A stretch of DNA of 64,000 bases from Octopus vulgaris (GCA_951406725.2 OX597830.1:18290001-18354000); one strand, 5' to 3'. Counted from the stretch's first letter, positions 11,471 through 25,068 are shown. Notes: a model not told the origin generated them from the sequence alone. A program made the numbers and translations.

Positions 11471-11783
11471 GTATGTATTTATGTGTGTGTGACTTTGTGT
11501 TTGTCCCCCACCACCGCTTGACAACCAGTGTTGGTGTGTTTAAATCCCCAGAACAAAGCAGTTCAGCAAAAGAGACTGACAGAATGAGTACCAGGTTTTA
11601 AAAAAAAAAAAAAAAGCACTGGTGTCTATTCATTCAACTAAAATTCCTCTAGGCAGTGCCCCAGCATGGCCACAGTCTAATCATATAAATTATTGGGACG
11701 AAGATACACCAACTCCAGTTGCCAAGCAGTGTTTGGGGAGAAACACAAAAACACACACACACCATGGGCTTCTTTCAGTTTCT

Positions 11784-11971
11784 TATTTCTTTATTGCCCA
11801 CAAGGGGCTAAGCATAGAGGGAACAAACAAGGACAGACAAACGGATTAAGTCGATTATATCGACCCCAGTGCGTAACTGGTACTTATTTAATCGACCCCA
11901 AAAGGATGAAAGGCAAAGTCGACCTCGGCAGAATTTGAACTCAGAACATAGTGGTGTGCTAACGTTTCTGC
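11784..11971 (-). mobile_element. SINE family B nested in a minus-strand SINE-A (11690-12110)
   Basis: Flanked by CAGTTTCT duplication (11776-11783, 11972-11979). Confidence 0.85.
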
Positions 11972-12476
11972 CAGTTTCTGTCTACCAAATCCTTGGTCAG
12001 CCTGAGACCAGAGTAGGGGGACACTTGCTCAAGATGCAACACAGTGGGACTCAACCCGGAACTATGTGGTTGGGAAGCAAACTTCTGACGACACAGCCGC
12101 TCCTGTGCCCACAGGAATTTTAAATGAAGAGAGGAGATAATTTTAATAAATTGATATCACTTAATGAATTATAAATGCCAGGAGAGAAAAAAAAACAATC
12201 AAATTTTGTTTTGAAAGCAGGACAGCTATGTACATGTTACTGCCTGAATAGGCATCATCAGCACAGCATTGTCTAAATCTGGTTTCAAGGCTGGTAAAGG
12301 GGGGACACACACATACACATCTCACAAAATTATGATAAAGTGATGAATATTTCAGTGGCTCAATCAACTTAGCTGAATTATTATATAAGTAGCTGAGTAA
12401 TCCACAGTTACTTGTATTTTTAACAAAAATCTTCAGGCAGAATCAGAATAGAGTAACAATGGTAGCATTTTAATTT

Positions 12477-12711
12477 GTAAGGTGGCGAGCTGGCAGAAAC
12501 GTTAGCACGCTGGACGAAATGCTTAGCGGTATTTCGTCTGCCGTTACGTTGTGAGTTCAAATTCCGCTGAGGTCGACTTTACCTTTCATCCTTTCGGGGT
12601 CGATAAATTAAGTACCAGTTACGCACTGGGGTCGATGTAATCGACTTAATACCTATGTCTGCCCTTGTTTGTCCTCTCTGTGTTTAGCCCCTTGTGGGTA
12701 GTAAAGAAATA
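12477..12711 (+). mobile_element. SINE family B, full length with 16-bp TSD
   Basis: TSD GGTAGCATTTTAATTT at 12461-12476 and 12712-12727. Confidence 0.95.
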
Positions 12712-13198
12712 GGTAGCATTTTAATTTATATATAAAGTCCATCCAATGGGCTTCCACATAGTTTTCCCTATACATAATTTCCCTAACAAGGCCTGGGTTG
12801 AAGCACAGCTATGGCAAAAGAGACATGAATTGGCATTGAACCCAGAACATCATGGTTGCAAAATGAGCTTCTTAAACACAAGGCTAAGCACACATACACA
12901 ATTATATGTACAACACACACACAAACACCTATTGTGTGTGTGTGTGTGTCCGTACATATTATATTACTAAATAATTGTACTTAAGGTATTGGTTAGTCGA
13001 GCAGAAACACAAAAGGTGTGCTCACAGGAGGCCTAATGAGCCAAGGTTATGTGTAGTAGCAGCGGCTGATAGAGGGGGGGAAGTGGGTGTGGTGGTTTAA
13101 TCGTATTAATAGCAGAAAATACATTTCTCCCGAACATACATCAACACGAATATTGTACAGCATAGCTTATATATGTACGTATAAAGCTAAAACACAGA

Positions 13199-13490
13199 GC
13201 TAACACACACACATATATACACACATACAGGTATTATACACAACTGCTAACACACACACAAACACATATATATACACACATACAGGTATTATACACAACT
13301 GCTAACACACACACAAACACATATATACACACATACAGGTATTATACACAACTGCTAACACACACACAAACACATATATATATATATACACACATACAGG
13401 TATTATACGCCCCTGCTAACACACACACACACACACACATATATACACACATACAGGTATTATACGCACCTGCTAACACACACACACACA
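13199..13490. repeat. Minisatellite of 5-6 units (45-60 bp) with variable internal CA/TA runs
   Basis: Unit CTGCTAACAC(AC)n...ATACAGGTATTATAC. Confidence 0.93.
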
Positions 13491-14081
13491 AAGGTTTGCC
13501 AAGGTATGTATGATTGGACATTGAGATATTTGGATCATTATAAAGTTACATAGTAAAGATGTATTACATGACTCAGCTATTAGTGTGTGTGTGTGTGTGT
13601 GTGTGTATCCGGGCATGGCTGTATGGTTAAAAAGCTGACTTCAAAACCACATTGTGCTTGTTTGATGCCACTGTATGATGTACTGTGTAAGTGTCTTTTA
13701 CTATAGCTTTGAATTGACCAGTGAGACTGCTTCAAGATGCAATGTTCCAATATATATATACATGGTGCACTTAGAAACCTTGAGGTCCTTTGCAATGGCT
13801 GGGATTAACTTTCCAGGTTTTTTTATCGATTGTGTGTTTACTTCCCTGTAACTTAGCAGTTTGGCAAAAGAGATCAACAGAATAAGTACCAAACTTAAAA
13901 AGAAAAGTACTGAGGTTGATTCATTCATCTAAAAGTTCTTCTAATGACTGAAACAAGTAAAAGATAAAAGATATCTTTTATCTTTTATTTCATTCACTCA
14001 TTAGATTGTGGCCATGCTGGAGTACTGCACTGAAGGGTTTAGCTGAACAAATCAACCCTAGTACTTTTTAAAAAAACAGAC

Positions 14082-14137
<56 letters not shown>

Positions 14138-14138
<1 letters not shown>

Positions 14139-14670
14139 GAGCAAAATGCTTCTCGCCCCCGCATCCAATGGACGGTGCTGAATCAAATCTGCTGAATAAA
14201 AAGCAATCAGTGTTTTCTTTTCATTAAAAAATAATTAAGCATGCCTTTATTTCAATAAAATTTTTGGTTTTGTTAAACGAAGTTAAGGCAAAAAAAAACT
14301 TCTTGAGAAACCAAATAGTCTTTCCTTCCTTCATGCCAAGTTTGAAGAAAATATCTCTTTTGCATCTTACTTTTTGGTCTCTTAAATATACTGCATTTTG
14401 TGGCATTATTTCAAGCCAGCCAGCTTTTTTGCGCAAACTGCATGTGCATTTTTCTCATGTACGCGTAGTATCGCTCACAACAGCTGATTCACTTGCTCGT
14501 TCCCACGGCTTTATCAATTGCATTCTCACCTGGAATCGATTTTTGTAATTTTTTCAAGACTTATACATGCCCTGATACCGTCGGTATCTATATATCAAAT
14601 TTGAGCGCAATCAGATGGAGGATGTCCGAGATCCTAGAAGACACACAGAACGGATTTTATATAATAAATA
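14138..14670 (-). mobile_element. Probable non-autonomous Helitron-like element
   Basis: Minus 5' end TATTATATAAAATCCGTTCTGTGTGTC...CCATCTGATTGCGCTCAAATTTGA parallels the 5' end of the 34019 Helitron; terminal hairpin CGAGAAGCATTTTGCTCG abuts (TA)n; no CTAG end seen. Confidence 0.5.
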
Positions 14671-14714
14671 TGCCAGCATGGAAGGCAGATGTTAAATGAC
14701 GATGATGATGATAG

Positions 14715-14762
<48 letters not shown>

Positions 14763-15527
14763 GCACACACTATGGGCTTCATTCAATATTCATCTCCCAA
14801 ATCCCTTCACACGTAGAAGGCAATTGCCAAAGATAACACACAGTGGAACTGAACCTGGAACCATGTGGTTGAGAAGTAAACTTCTTACTACACAATCAGA
14901 ACAAACTCTTCAATAATAAAAAAAAAAACTCTGTGTGTGTGTGTATGAGTATAAATTAATATGCGCATATTTAATATAATAGGATAATAGTAAAACAGAG
15001 CTCAAAACATGATTAGATGTGTGTTTTTCTAATAATAATAATTGGTAGAAGTTATAGAATGACTGAAAGGTCTAGAGTTTCGTGCATTGTGTTACTCTCT
15101 AACTTCAGCCTATTATGAATAAAAAATCTAATATAATATTATATGATATCATATATATATATATAAGGTTGTAATGGACGCAGGTTCGTGTGTCATATAG
15201 CTAGCTAGAGGCAGTGGCCTCTTGGAGCTAATCAGCGACAGCTTTAGTCTTATATTTAGACTGCCATATTAGTATGGCGATAACTATTAATATCCAGTAA
15301 CGCTGCCGTAATCTCCTTTAGAGAGACTTAGTAATTTTAATATTTCTATTATATATATATACATATACCTTCGAAATGGAATAAGTCGAAGAAGGGGAAT
15401 GTTCCTTGTGTTGTTTGTCTTGTACTCTGTTTATTTTTGTTGTTTAAAAAAGTCTGTTTCCATGTTTTGTTTTTATGTTTTCATTTCTTGTTGTGTTCTA
15501 ATTTTTTGGGTGTCCTGTACCCATATA

Positions 15528-15857
15528 TGTGACCCCCTTCGGTCAGACACTGACCATGGGTTTGCACCTAGAGAGTTACCCTCTAAGGCACAAGTCTAGG
15601 CAAGGTTGTTTTATGGAAGACCAGCAGTCGCCCATGCATACCGGCCTCCCCTCTCCACGTCAGCGATGTTGTCCAAGGGAAAGGCAAGGGCCGATACAGC
15701 TTGGCACCAGAGACGTCGCAACTCATTTCTACAGTTGAGTGAACTGGAGCAACGTGAAATAAAGTGTCTTGCTCAAGAACACAACTCGCAGCCCGGTCCG
15801 GGATTCGAGCTCACAACCTCACGATCGTAAGCTCGACGCTCTAACCACTGAGCCACA
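15528..15857 (-). mobile_element. tRNA-derived SINE family E
   Basis: Head GTGGCTCAGTGGTTAGAGCGTC...CGAATCCCGG, body TTGCTCCAGTTCACTCA; second copy ~59860-60128. Confidence 0.85.
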
Positions 15858-16778
15858 TGCATGTATATATACATATAGATGCAGGTATGTACATATATGT
15901 ATGTATGTATGCATATGTTTTATTTATTAAATTATTATTATATATATATATATATATATATATAATAGATATACACAGAACTTCAATCTTCCTGCAAAAA
16001 CTAATTCCATGTGTACAGAGTGTTTCTGTTGACACAGAGAAAATTCTTGTTGACAGCTTTGGGACATAGCAGTTGTTGGAGCATGTTTTCATATAAAGCA
16101 AGGATGGCCACCATACTACATTCCATATGCCATACACAAGTCTTGTGCTCTCATTCAATTCTTGTATAAAATATGCTAATATAGACGTATTTAGCATTTT
16201 TACATGGAAAAAAAAAAATGATTTCATATAAGAAAGTAATGTCAACATTACTTACTTTAACAAGACTTTTAAGTTTGTTTTGCTTTAGCCAAGCTTTTAA
16301 TGTTTGAAGTTAAATTTGTTACTGAGAGCAGCAGAGAATTCCTCAAATTTGAATCACTCAATCATGACCTCATTTTGTTTTTTTATCAGTTTTTATGAAT
16401 GAAAATGTTTGTTCACATCTGTATGTTGTTCCAAAATGACAGATGTAATTTTGGGCAAATATTTTTACATCTGAAAAAAAAAATGTTCAGAGATCATTAG
16501 ATATTAACCATATCAACAGCATTTGGAACTGAGGGAAGCTCATCAAATTTCATTTTCAATAATAAATTTATTTTTAAATCATTAAGCCCCGTTTCTATGT
16601 TTCTAGTTATTTTCATGGTTTTCTTTTTCTTTGTTCATTAGTTCACTGTGTGGCAAGAAGTTTGCTTCTCAACCACATGTTTCAGGATTCATTCCCACTG
16701 TGTAACAGTTTGGGCAAGTGTCCTCTACAAAAGCTTTGTGATAGGATTTAGTTGACAGAAATTTAAAGAAATTGAAAG

Positions 16779-17346
16779 GCAGCGAAATGCTTAGTGGTAT
16801 TTCATCTGCCGCTACGTTCTGAGTCCAAATTCCGCCGACGTCGACTTTGCCTTTCATCCTTTCTGAGTCGATAAATTAAGTACCAGTTACGCACTGGGGT
16901 CTATATAATTGACGTAATCCGTTTGTCTGTCCTTGTTTATCCCCTCTGTGTTTAGCCCCTTGTGGATAGTAAAGAAATAGGTATTTCGTCTGCCGCTATG
17001 TTCTGTGTTCAAATTCCGTTGAGGTCAACTTGGCCTCTCATCCTTTCGGGGTCGATTAAATAAGTACCAGTTACGCACTGGGGTCTATATAATTGACGTA
17101 ATCCGTTTGTCTGTCCTTGTTTATCCCCTCTGTGTTTAGCCCCTTGTGGGTAGTAAAGAAATAGGTATTTTGTCTGCCGCTACGTTCTGAGTTCAAATTC
17201 CGTCAAGGTCAACTTTGCCTTTCATCCTTTCGGGGTCGATAACTTAAGTACCAGTTACGCATTGGGGTCGATGTAATCGACTTAATCATTTTGTCTGTGC
17301 TTGTTTGTCCCCTCTATGTTTAGCCCCTTGTGGGCAATAAAGAAAT
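16779..17346 (+). mobile_element. Head-to-tail trimer of SINE family B within one 13-bp TSD
   Basis: Three ~185-bp units; AAGAAATTGAAAG at 16766-16778 and 17347-17359. Confidence 0.9.
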
Positions 17347-18157
17347 AAGAAATTGAAAGCAACCAGGTATACACACACACACACACACACACATACATGC
17401 ATGTATATCAACTTCACCATTTCATGTCATCTTTCCATGCTGGCATGGGTTGGATAGTTTAACAAGAATAAATGAGCCAAGGGTTTCTGCTAGGTTCTGT
17501 GTCTGCTTTAGCATGGTTTCTACAGCTGGATGCCCTGCCTAATGCCAACTACTTAATAGAGTACATTGGATATTTTTTGTGTGTATATATCTATGTAAAT
17601 GTATCTTTGTGTTTATGTTGTTTATGTTGTTTGCCCACCACCACCACTGCTTCACAAGCAGTCTTCTTCCCTGTAACTTATCGGTTCAGCAAAAAAAAAC
17701 TGATAGAATAAGTATGAGGCTTTAGAAAAAAGTACCGATGTCAGTTTGTTTCAAGGTGTTGCCCCTGTATGGCCACAGTCCAATGATGGAAACAAATAAA
17801 AGATAAAGGATAAGTGAAAATGGCTTTATAAATATAAATATGCAGTCTTCTCTCTTAACAGAATGACAAAAACAAGTTTCAAATGACTCTGGCATAACCT
17901 GATTTTTTTTTTTTTTTTGCAGCATATTTTGTAAAATTGCCATAATCTTCAGCATATTCACTCTGCTCTTTTAAGTGTGGAAACTGGTTTCTAGCCGAGA
18001 GGTGAAGAGTTTTAATTTCATCTTAAATGCAATGATATCAGTTATTAAGCTAGAAAACGATTCATTCTTGCTTGCAGTTTCAAAATGAGATAACTGATTG
18101 TGTCAAAAAAAAAAAAATGATAACTCAGATAACCATTTGTTATCACAGAAAAGGACT

Positions 18158-18669
18158 GGCACAGAAAGTGTGTCTATAGCCAGCTGGAGGAGGTGTCCTC
18201 CTGAGGCTACAAACTACAGTAGCATCCACCCTTTGGGGTTAGCCATATTTAAATGGCAAATATACGTCACAATGTGTTGCTGCTACTGTTTATAACTCGC
18301 TCTGAGATTTATCATAGTTTTAGTCATATGGCTTTGTGATTATTATGCAGATTTATTATTGCTTGTTTACACTTTTTCGATATCAGTGTCTTTACGATCC
18401 TGGAAAAATTATATGTATTTGTGAAGGGAACCTACTTTTCATCGACAACTGTGATTGTCACATGCCGATGACGGGTCAATACTCAGAAACTCGAGTCCGT
18501 GTGTATCATAAGTTGAAGACGGGAAGGATGGCTTCCCTTTGCAAATGCTGATAGGGCACAGAAAGTGTGTCTATAGCCAGCTGGAGGAGGTGTCCTCCTG
18601 GGGCTATAAACTACAGTAGCATCCACCCTTATGGGTTAGCCATATTTAAATGGCAAATATACATTACAA
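18158..18669. repeat. Two 115-bp direct repeats flanking a unique 282-bp segment
   Basis: Copies 18158-18272 and 18555-18669, about 6 mismatches. Confidence 0.92.
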
Positions 18670-19009
18670 ATATTTTCCAATTTCAAAAATCTATTCAGCA
18701 CTTGTCCTTGAGAAAGCCAGTACAACTCACAGTAGTGAACAAGAATGCTACAGTCACAAAATTCACTGAAATTTTGCTTATTTAATCCACATTTTGCTGA
18801 CTGAATTTTTACCAACATCCTTGCGGATACAAGATTGATTTTTCAAAATTGACTGAAATTGATACTCCCAAGTTATGTACACAAATAATAACTAAAACAT
18901 CTTTTTTTATCCATACTTACTATTTTCAAAATGAGTTAATCAAGTCCCTGTCTCTCAAGTGCACATATATAGAATTGAGTATACTCAATTCCTGTGCAGT
19001 AAAGCCCAA

Positions 19010-19229
19010 CCCTTTCGTTACCATTTTTATTTTGAGATGCTCTGTGTTTCTTTGAATGACTTTAAATATAACAAAGAATTTAGTAAAATAACTTAGTTAT
19101 CATTAGGCTAGTGTTGGGAACATAAATTGTGACTAAGGTTTGGTGAAAGATTTTAATTCAAAACTTATAAAAACAAGACATTTGTACTCAGAGCCAGAGC
19201 CGGTTTCAACCAGGTTGGTAATGAAAGGG
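19010..19229. mobile_element. piggyBac-type MITE, inverted copy of the 7011 family
   Basis: CCCTTTCGTTACC ... GGTAATGAAAGGG-TTAA; left TTAA degenerate. Confidence 0.88.
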
Positions 19230-19430
19230 TTAATGCTTTTGCTCAAATTCTCAAATTTTATTCACACACTTTGCAGTTATCAACATATGTCACAATTTAA
19301 GGCTTTTTCACAATGTAAAGCAGGGGTTCTCAACCATTTTTTTACCTGTGGACCCTTTTGATTCTTACTTTCCTTGAATGGACTCTCCAAGGTATTCAAT
19401 GTTTAAAAAAAATATTTTTATAATTAAATA

Positions 19431-19835
19431 AGGCGTAGGAGTGGCTGTGTGGTAAGTAGCTTGCTTACTAACCACATGGTTCCGGGTTCAGTCCCACTGT
19501 GTGGAACTTTGGGCAAGTGTCTTCTATTATAGCCTTGGGCCGACCAAAGCCTTGTGAGTGGATTTGCTAGACGGAAACTGAAAGAAGCCCATCGTATATA
19601 TGTATATATATGTGTGTGTGTATCTGTGTTTGTCCCCCCAACATCGCTTGACAACCGATGCTGGTGTGTTTACGTCCCTGTAACTTAGTGGTTCGGCAAA
19701 AGAGGCTGACAGAATAAGTACTAGGCTTACAAAGAATAAGTCCTGGGGTCGATTTGCTTGACAAAAGGCAGTGCTCCAGCACGGCCGCAGTCAAATGACT
19801 GAAACAAATAAAAGAGTAAAAGAGAGTAAAAGAGT
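19431..19835 (+). mobile_element. SINE family A, full length, inside a hAT MITE starting at 19321
   Basis: Complete head-to-tail match to the other copies. Confidence 0.93.
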
Positions 19836-19859
19836 ATTGTAGAACTATAACCAATTTAG

Positions 19860-20086
19860 GCGAGCTGGCAGAACTGTTAGCACGCCGGGCGAAATGCGTA
19901 GCCGTATTTCGTCTGCCGTTACATTCTGGGTTCAAATTCTGCCGAAGTTGACTTTGCCTTTCATCCTTTCGGGGTCAATAAATTAAGTACCAGTTACGCA
20001 CTGGGGTCGATGTAATCGACTTAATCCGCTTGTCTGTCCTTGTTTGTCCCCTCTGTGTTTAGCCCCTTGTGGGTAGTAAAGAAATA
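19860..20086 (+). mobile_element. SINE family B with 14-bp TSD
   Basis: TSD TATAACCAATTTAG at 19846-19859 and 20087-20100. Confidence 0.95.
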
Positions 20087-21261
20087 TATAACCAATTTAG
20101 AGCACATAAATTTAAACAATAAAATCTATTGTGGGCCCCCAAGGGCCATAGGGACCCCATTGTAGTCCAAACAGCTTTTGAATCATTGATAGAGTTTCAT
20201 TAGTACAAATACTGATGAGTTTACTGAATATTACTTGTAGATTTTCAAAGCATGGCTTTACTTTGATAAATATGCTTGGTACTCTTTTATCACACGAAGT
20301 GACTCAGCACTGATAAATTCTCAAAGACACTAGAACCGGCATCAATTCTTTACATAAAGATAGTATGTCACAGATAGGACAAATGTCTCAAGGGGAATGT
20401 TCTGTGTGCTAAATACGCATCTGTTAGAATCTCATATGTGAGTATACTTGAACTGAAAAGCTTTCATCAAACTGATATTATCCTTGAAATTTGAAGACAA
20501 AAAAGTCCCTCTAGGGGTGTTTAAAACCTAAAACCAACAAACAAAAGGCATAACTTCAATAATGTCAACTAATGCAAATTTTTCAGAAAATGAAAGTAAA
20601 GCAGTTAAGAATGAATTTTATCTTTTAAGCCAAATGGTTAAAGCAATAGGCATGGTTTGATCTTATTGGCTCTCATCAACAAAGCAAAGTCACCTCAGTT
20701 GGTAAGACAGAAAAAATGATAAGTCTATGTGTAGTAAGTAGTTAGGCTGATTATCCAGGACCTCAGCATGGGGTGGGGGCTACATGATAAATACACATAT
20801 GGTAGAGTCTTACATATAAATGTTTTATAGGCGTAGGAGTGGCTGTGTGGTAAGTAGCTTGCTTACGAACTACATGGTTCCGGGTTCAGTCCCACTGTGT
20901 GACACCTTGTCAAGTGTTTTCTACTATAGCCTCAAGCTGACCATAGCCTTGTGAGTGGATTCAGTAGACGGAAACTGAAAGAAACCCATCAAATATATGT
21001 ATATGCTAAGTTATGCTTTTTTACACAATGCTGGTTTTTACATGAGTAAACACAAACACAGTAACAGGTAGATATATATAAAGCAAATATGTTCTGGTGT
21101 CATATAAAAGGCACCTGTACATATACAGACTTTAAAATAAGTATTGAGGGAGTGGTGGGTCAGTTTGTCCAAGTAAAACCCTTGAAGGCAGTACCCCACC
21201 CTGCATGGCCACAGTCCAAGGATTGAAACAAGTGAAAGATAAAAAGAATAAATAATAAATA

Positions 21262-21675
21262 TAGGCGTAGGAGTGACTGTGTGGTAAGTAGCTTGCATAT
21301 GATCCACATGGTTCTGGTTTCAGTCCCACTGCGTGGTACCTTGGGCAAGTGTCTTCTACTATAGCCTCAGACCAACCAAAGCCTTGTAAGTGGATTTGGT
21401 AGACAGAAACTGAAAGAAGCCTGTTGTATGTATGTATGTATGTATGTATGTATGTATATGTATGTGTGTGTATGTGTTTGTCCCCCCCCCCCAACATCGC
21501 ATGACAACTGATGCTGGTGCGTTTAAATCCCTGTAACTTAGCAGTTCGGCAAAAATGATCGATAGAATAAGTATTAGGCTTACAAAGAATAAGTCCTGGG
21601 GGCGATTTGCTTGATTGACTAAAGGCAGTTCTCCAGCATAGCCGCAGTCAAATGACTGAAACAAGTAAAGGAGTA
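21262..21675 (+). mobile_element. SINE family A (a separate 5' half lies at 20828-21000)
   Basis: Complete match; internal (TATG)n. Confidence 0.92.
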
Positions 21676-21678
21676 ATC

Positions 21679-22071
21679 TATTTCTTTACTACCTACAAGT
21701 GGCTAATCACGGAGGGGACAAACAAGGACAGACAAACGGATTAAGTCGATTATATCGACCCCAGTGCGTAACTGGTACTTATTTAATCGAGCCCGAAAGG
21801 ATGAAAGGCAAAGTCGACCTCGGCGGAATTTGAACTCAGAATGTAGCGACGGTCGAAATACCTATTTCTTTATTACCCACAAGGGGCTAAACATAGAGGG
21901 GACAAACAAGGACAGACATAGGTATTATGTCGATTACATCGACCCCAGTGCGTAACTGGTACTTAATTTATCGATCCCGAAAGGATGAAAGGCAAAGTCA
22001 ACCTCGGCGGAATTTGACGGTTAAAATACCGCTTAACATTTCGTCCAGTGTGCAAACAATTCTGCCAGCTG
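21679..22071 (-). mobile_element. SINE family B dimer
   Basis: Two tandem units; minus-strand junction AAGAAATAGGTATTTCG at ~21854-21870. Confidence 0.9.
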
Positions 22072-23664
22072 GAGCAATCTAAATTAAAGAAGAGAAACAG
22101 GATGTTGTAGCATTCATTCTTTCCACCGATCCCCTTGGGAAACGCATAAACATCGATATCTCTCATTTAGTCCTATCCTTAAGCATACAACTAATTACTA
22201 TTGTAAAAAGGTAGAATGGTTGAGTGAACAAGATATGCAGGACTAGGAAACTCATGGTTTCTGAGTTTTATACACACAACTTGGAAGATATTTATTTAAG
22301 GAAAGAAATGAATATTACACAATTCTGTATTTTCCTTTTCCTTACACACATAAAGTCTCAGGTTTAGTTAAAACAACAACAAAATCATTATTATTGTTGT
22401 TGGTGTTGATATTATTGTTTGTGTTTTCTTGAAACTCCTGGTCAATTTTTTTCTTTTCGTTTTCTTTTTTTTTTCTTATCAAGTCATTTAGATTTCAGCA
22501 TGGAGTAAATTCTTCAGATGGAAAAAATTCCACCCCCAACACCGCCATCAACACTACTACCAGCAGTACTGCCATCACCACTACCCAGTAACACTACAAA
22601 AACCACCAACGCCACTAACACCACCATTACTCTGCTGCCAGTTTGGCAACTTTAGAATCTCTAAAACATAGTCACAGACTCTAATCTCTCTCTTTCTTTC
22701 TGTCTTTAAAAGTTTCCACCTTCTTCAGCAGGCAACTTTCTTTATTCCCATCCCCCCCCCCAGTACCAGCACCATCATTCTATTCCTCTCTCTAACCCGC
22801 CTTTTCTCAGTTCCTCTTCTTCCCTCTACTTTACTCTTCTCTTCAGTTAGACTAGCAAGTCTTCAAGTCTTCATGAAACCTGATCCCCTCTCTTTATTTC
22901 TGTCTATCTCCTTTTTCTCTCTCACTCACTGCCTGTCTGTCACTTTCTATCACCACCTCCCCCCCCTCTCTCTCTCTAAGTAAAAAAAAAATATATATAC
23001 ATATAAATAAATAAATAAAATAAAACTAAAAGAGGGGGAAATGGTTTGTGTCTGTTGCTGTATGTATGGAAGCTACAGAAAGGTTTTGTGACTTTATAAA
23101 TGGTTCTTAATTTAACTGGAAGGCTTCAGTAAATTTGGTAAGTAATGTTAATTTTCTCTCGGCTGCCTTTCTATCTTACTCTCTGCAATTTTCCATCTTT
23201 AACCGGGGAGTTTGAAATAACAAAAAAAGAAAAAAAAATAGAATGAAATACCAAATCCTCCACATGTTTGCTAAGTTCTATATTCACATGCTTGTTTTTT
23301 AACGTTTTGTTTCCATTTATTTTGGTTCAAATTCTACGCCCACATAATTTTATGTTGTATTTTCTCGGCATGCATATATATTTATATGTATGTCTACATG
23401 TGTAAATCTCTCTATATATATTGCAAAATTGACATATATTTCCAAAATTACTGATTTCTTCTTTCCAATAAATCTTGGACATAATTGTAAATAATCTTCT
23501 TTCTCACCATCATCATTGTTTTAATCAATATATTTCAAATCATCATCTTTGAGAAATCTAAGATACAATTGAATCTTCAACAAATAATAAACAATGACAA
23601 GAAAACATAAGTTTGAGTGTGTCTGCGTGTATAGATGTACAGAATACATATATTTATTTCTGTT

Positions 23665-23703
<39 letters not shown>

Positions 23704-23889
23704 ATGTGTGTGTGTGTTTATATATATATATATATATACACACATGCATATGTGCATTCACACACACATACATTTATATATTATTTGTATATTCTTTTAT
23801 ATGTTTCGGCCCTGAGGCTGTGGCCATGCTGGGGCGCTGATGCGTGTATATATATATATGTATGTATATACACACACGCACACCAATGA

Positions 23890-23931
<42 letters not shown>

Positions 23932-24009
23932 GCATACACATATATATGTATATATATATGTACATGCATACACATTTTATATATACACATACACACCGAT
24001 GAATATGTG

Positions 24010-24041
<32 letters not shown>

Positions 24042-24769
24042 TATATGTGTTGTATATAGTCCAGGTCTGTCTTACTGAATCCAGAGAATAAGTGACTAGA
24101 CTATATTTGTTTCCCTTCCTTCAGAATTTATGAATATGATTCTCACGCCGGAACCCTGCTGGAACCCAAACACAATTATGCTTCTTAAATGCATGAATGC
24201 AACCTCAAGATTATAAAATGAAATATGTTGTAACCTTTTAGTTCCATCCTTTTGACGGGGACAGAAGTTTATAGCAAAACTGTAAAAGAAATCTACCAGA
24301 AAAATCCAACAAACTTCAAAAATCACTTCTTAACAAATACAACATAGGGATAAGTTTTTCACATATTGGAGGTTTATAATAATAAACCATAGCAATTTTT
24401 ATACAGAACCTTTAAATTTACCATTATTCTGTGGATTTGAAGAATTGTTAGCGATTCTAACTGATTGTATTGTGGTTTAAAATATTTTTTTTCTGGTTCT
24501 TTATTTTAGTCTGAGTTCAAATCCAATCACGGTAGAATTTCAACAGTCACCCATATGGGATCGGTAAAATGCTAAATACTAGGACTGATTTAATCAGCTA
24601 TCCCTTCGAAAACTTAAAACTTTGTGGCCTTGCGAATATGTTAAAAATGATTAATTCAATTATTGTTGCAATGCATATTTGATATATATTTCTGACAGTA
24701 ATTATTTACTTCTACGTTTTGTCCATGGTTTTAACACAAATACACAAATAATGTATTTCTATACACACA

Positions 24770-25012
24770 CACACACATATAAACATATACACATTACAGA
24801 TATACACACACACATACACACACACAAACGTAAACACAGTATATATATATGTGTGTGTGTGTGTGTTTGTGTATATATATCTATTTGAATGTATGTACGT
24901 TTATATATGTGTAAGAAAAAAATATATACACACACAGATAGATATATATATTTGTCTATCTATGAATACACACACACACACAGATATACATACCTGTCTA
25001 TCAATAAATATG

Positions 25013-25068
<56 letters not shown>

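Larger units (their letters stand above)
11020..11678 (+). mobile_element. SINE family A split at its internal (TA)n by a Penelope-like insert
   Basis: 5' half 11020-11175, 3' half 11463-11678. Confidence 0.85.

Noticed and set aside
15841-16248. 135-aa minus-strand ORF
   Set aside because: Partly microsatellite-derived, runs through a homopolymer, and shows no motif or splice support
24060-24430. Unique-looking segment with a 76-aa ORF
   Set aside because: No recognisable motif in the frames examined; probably a decayed repeat
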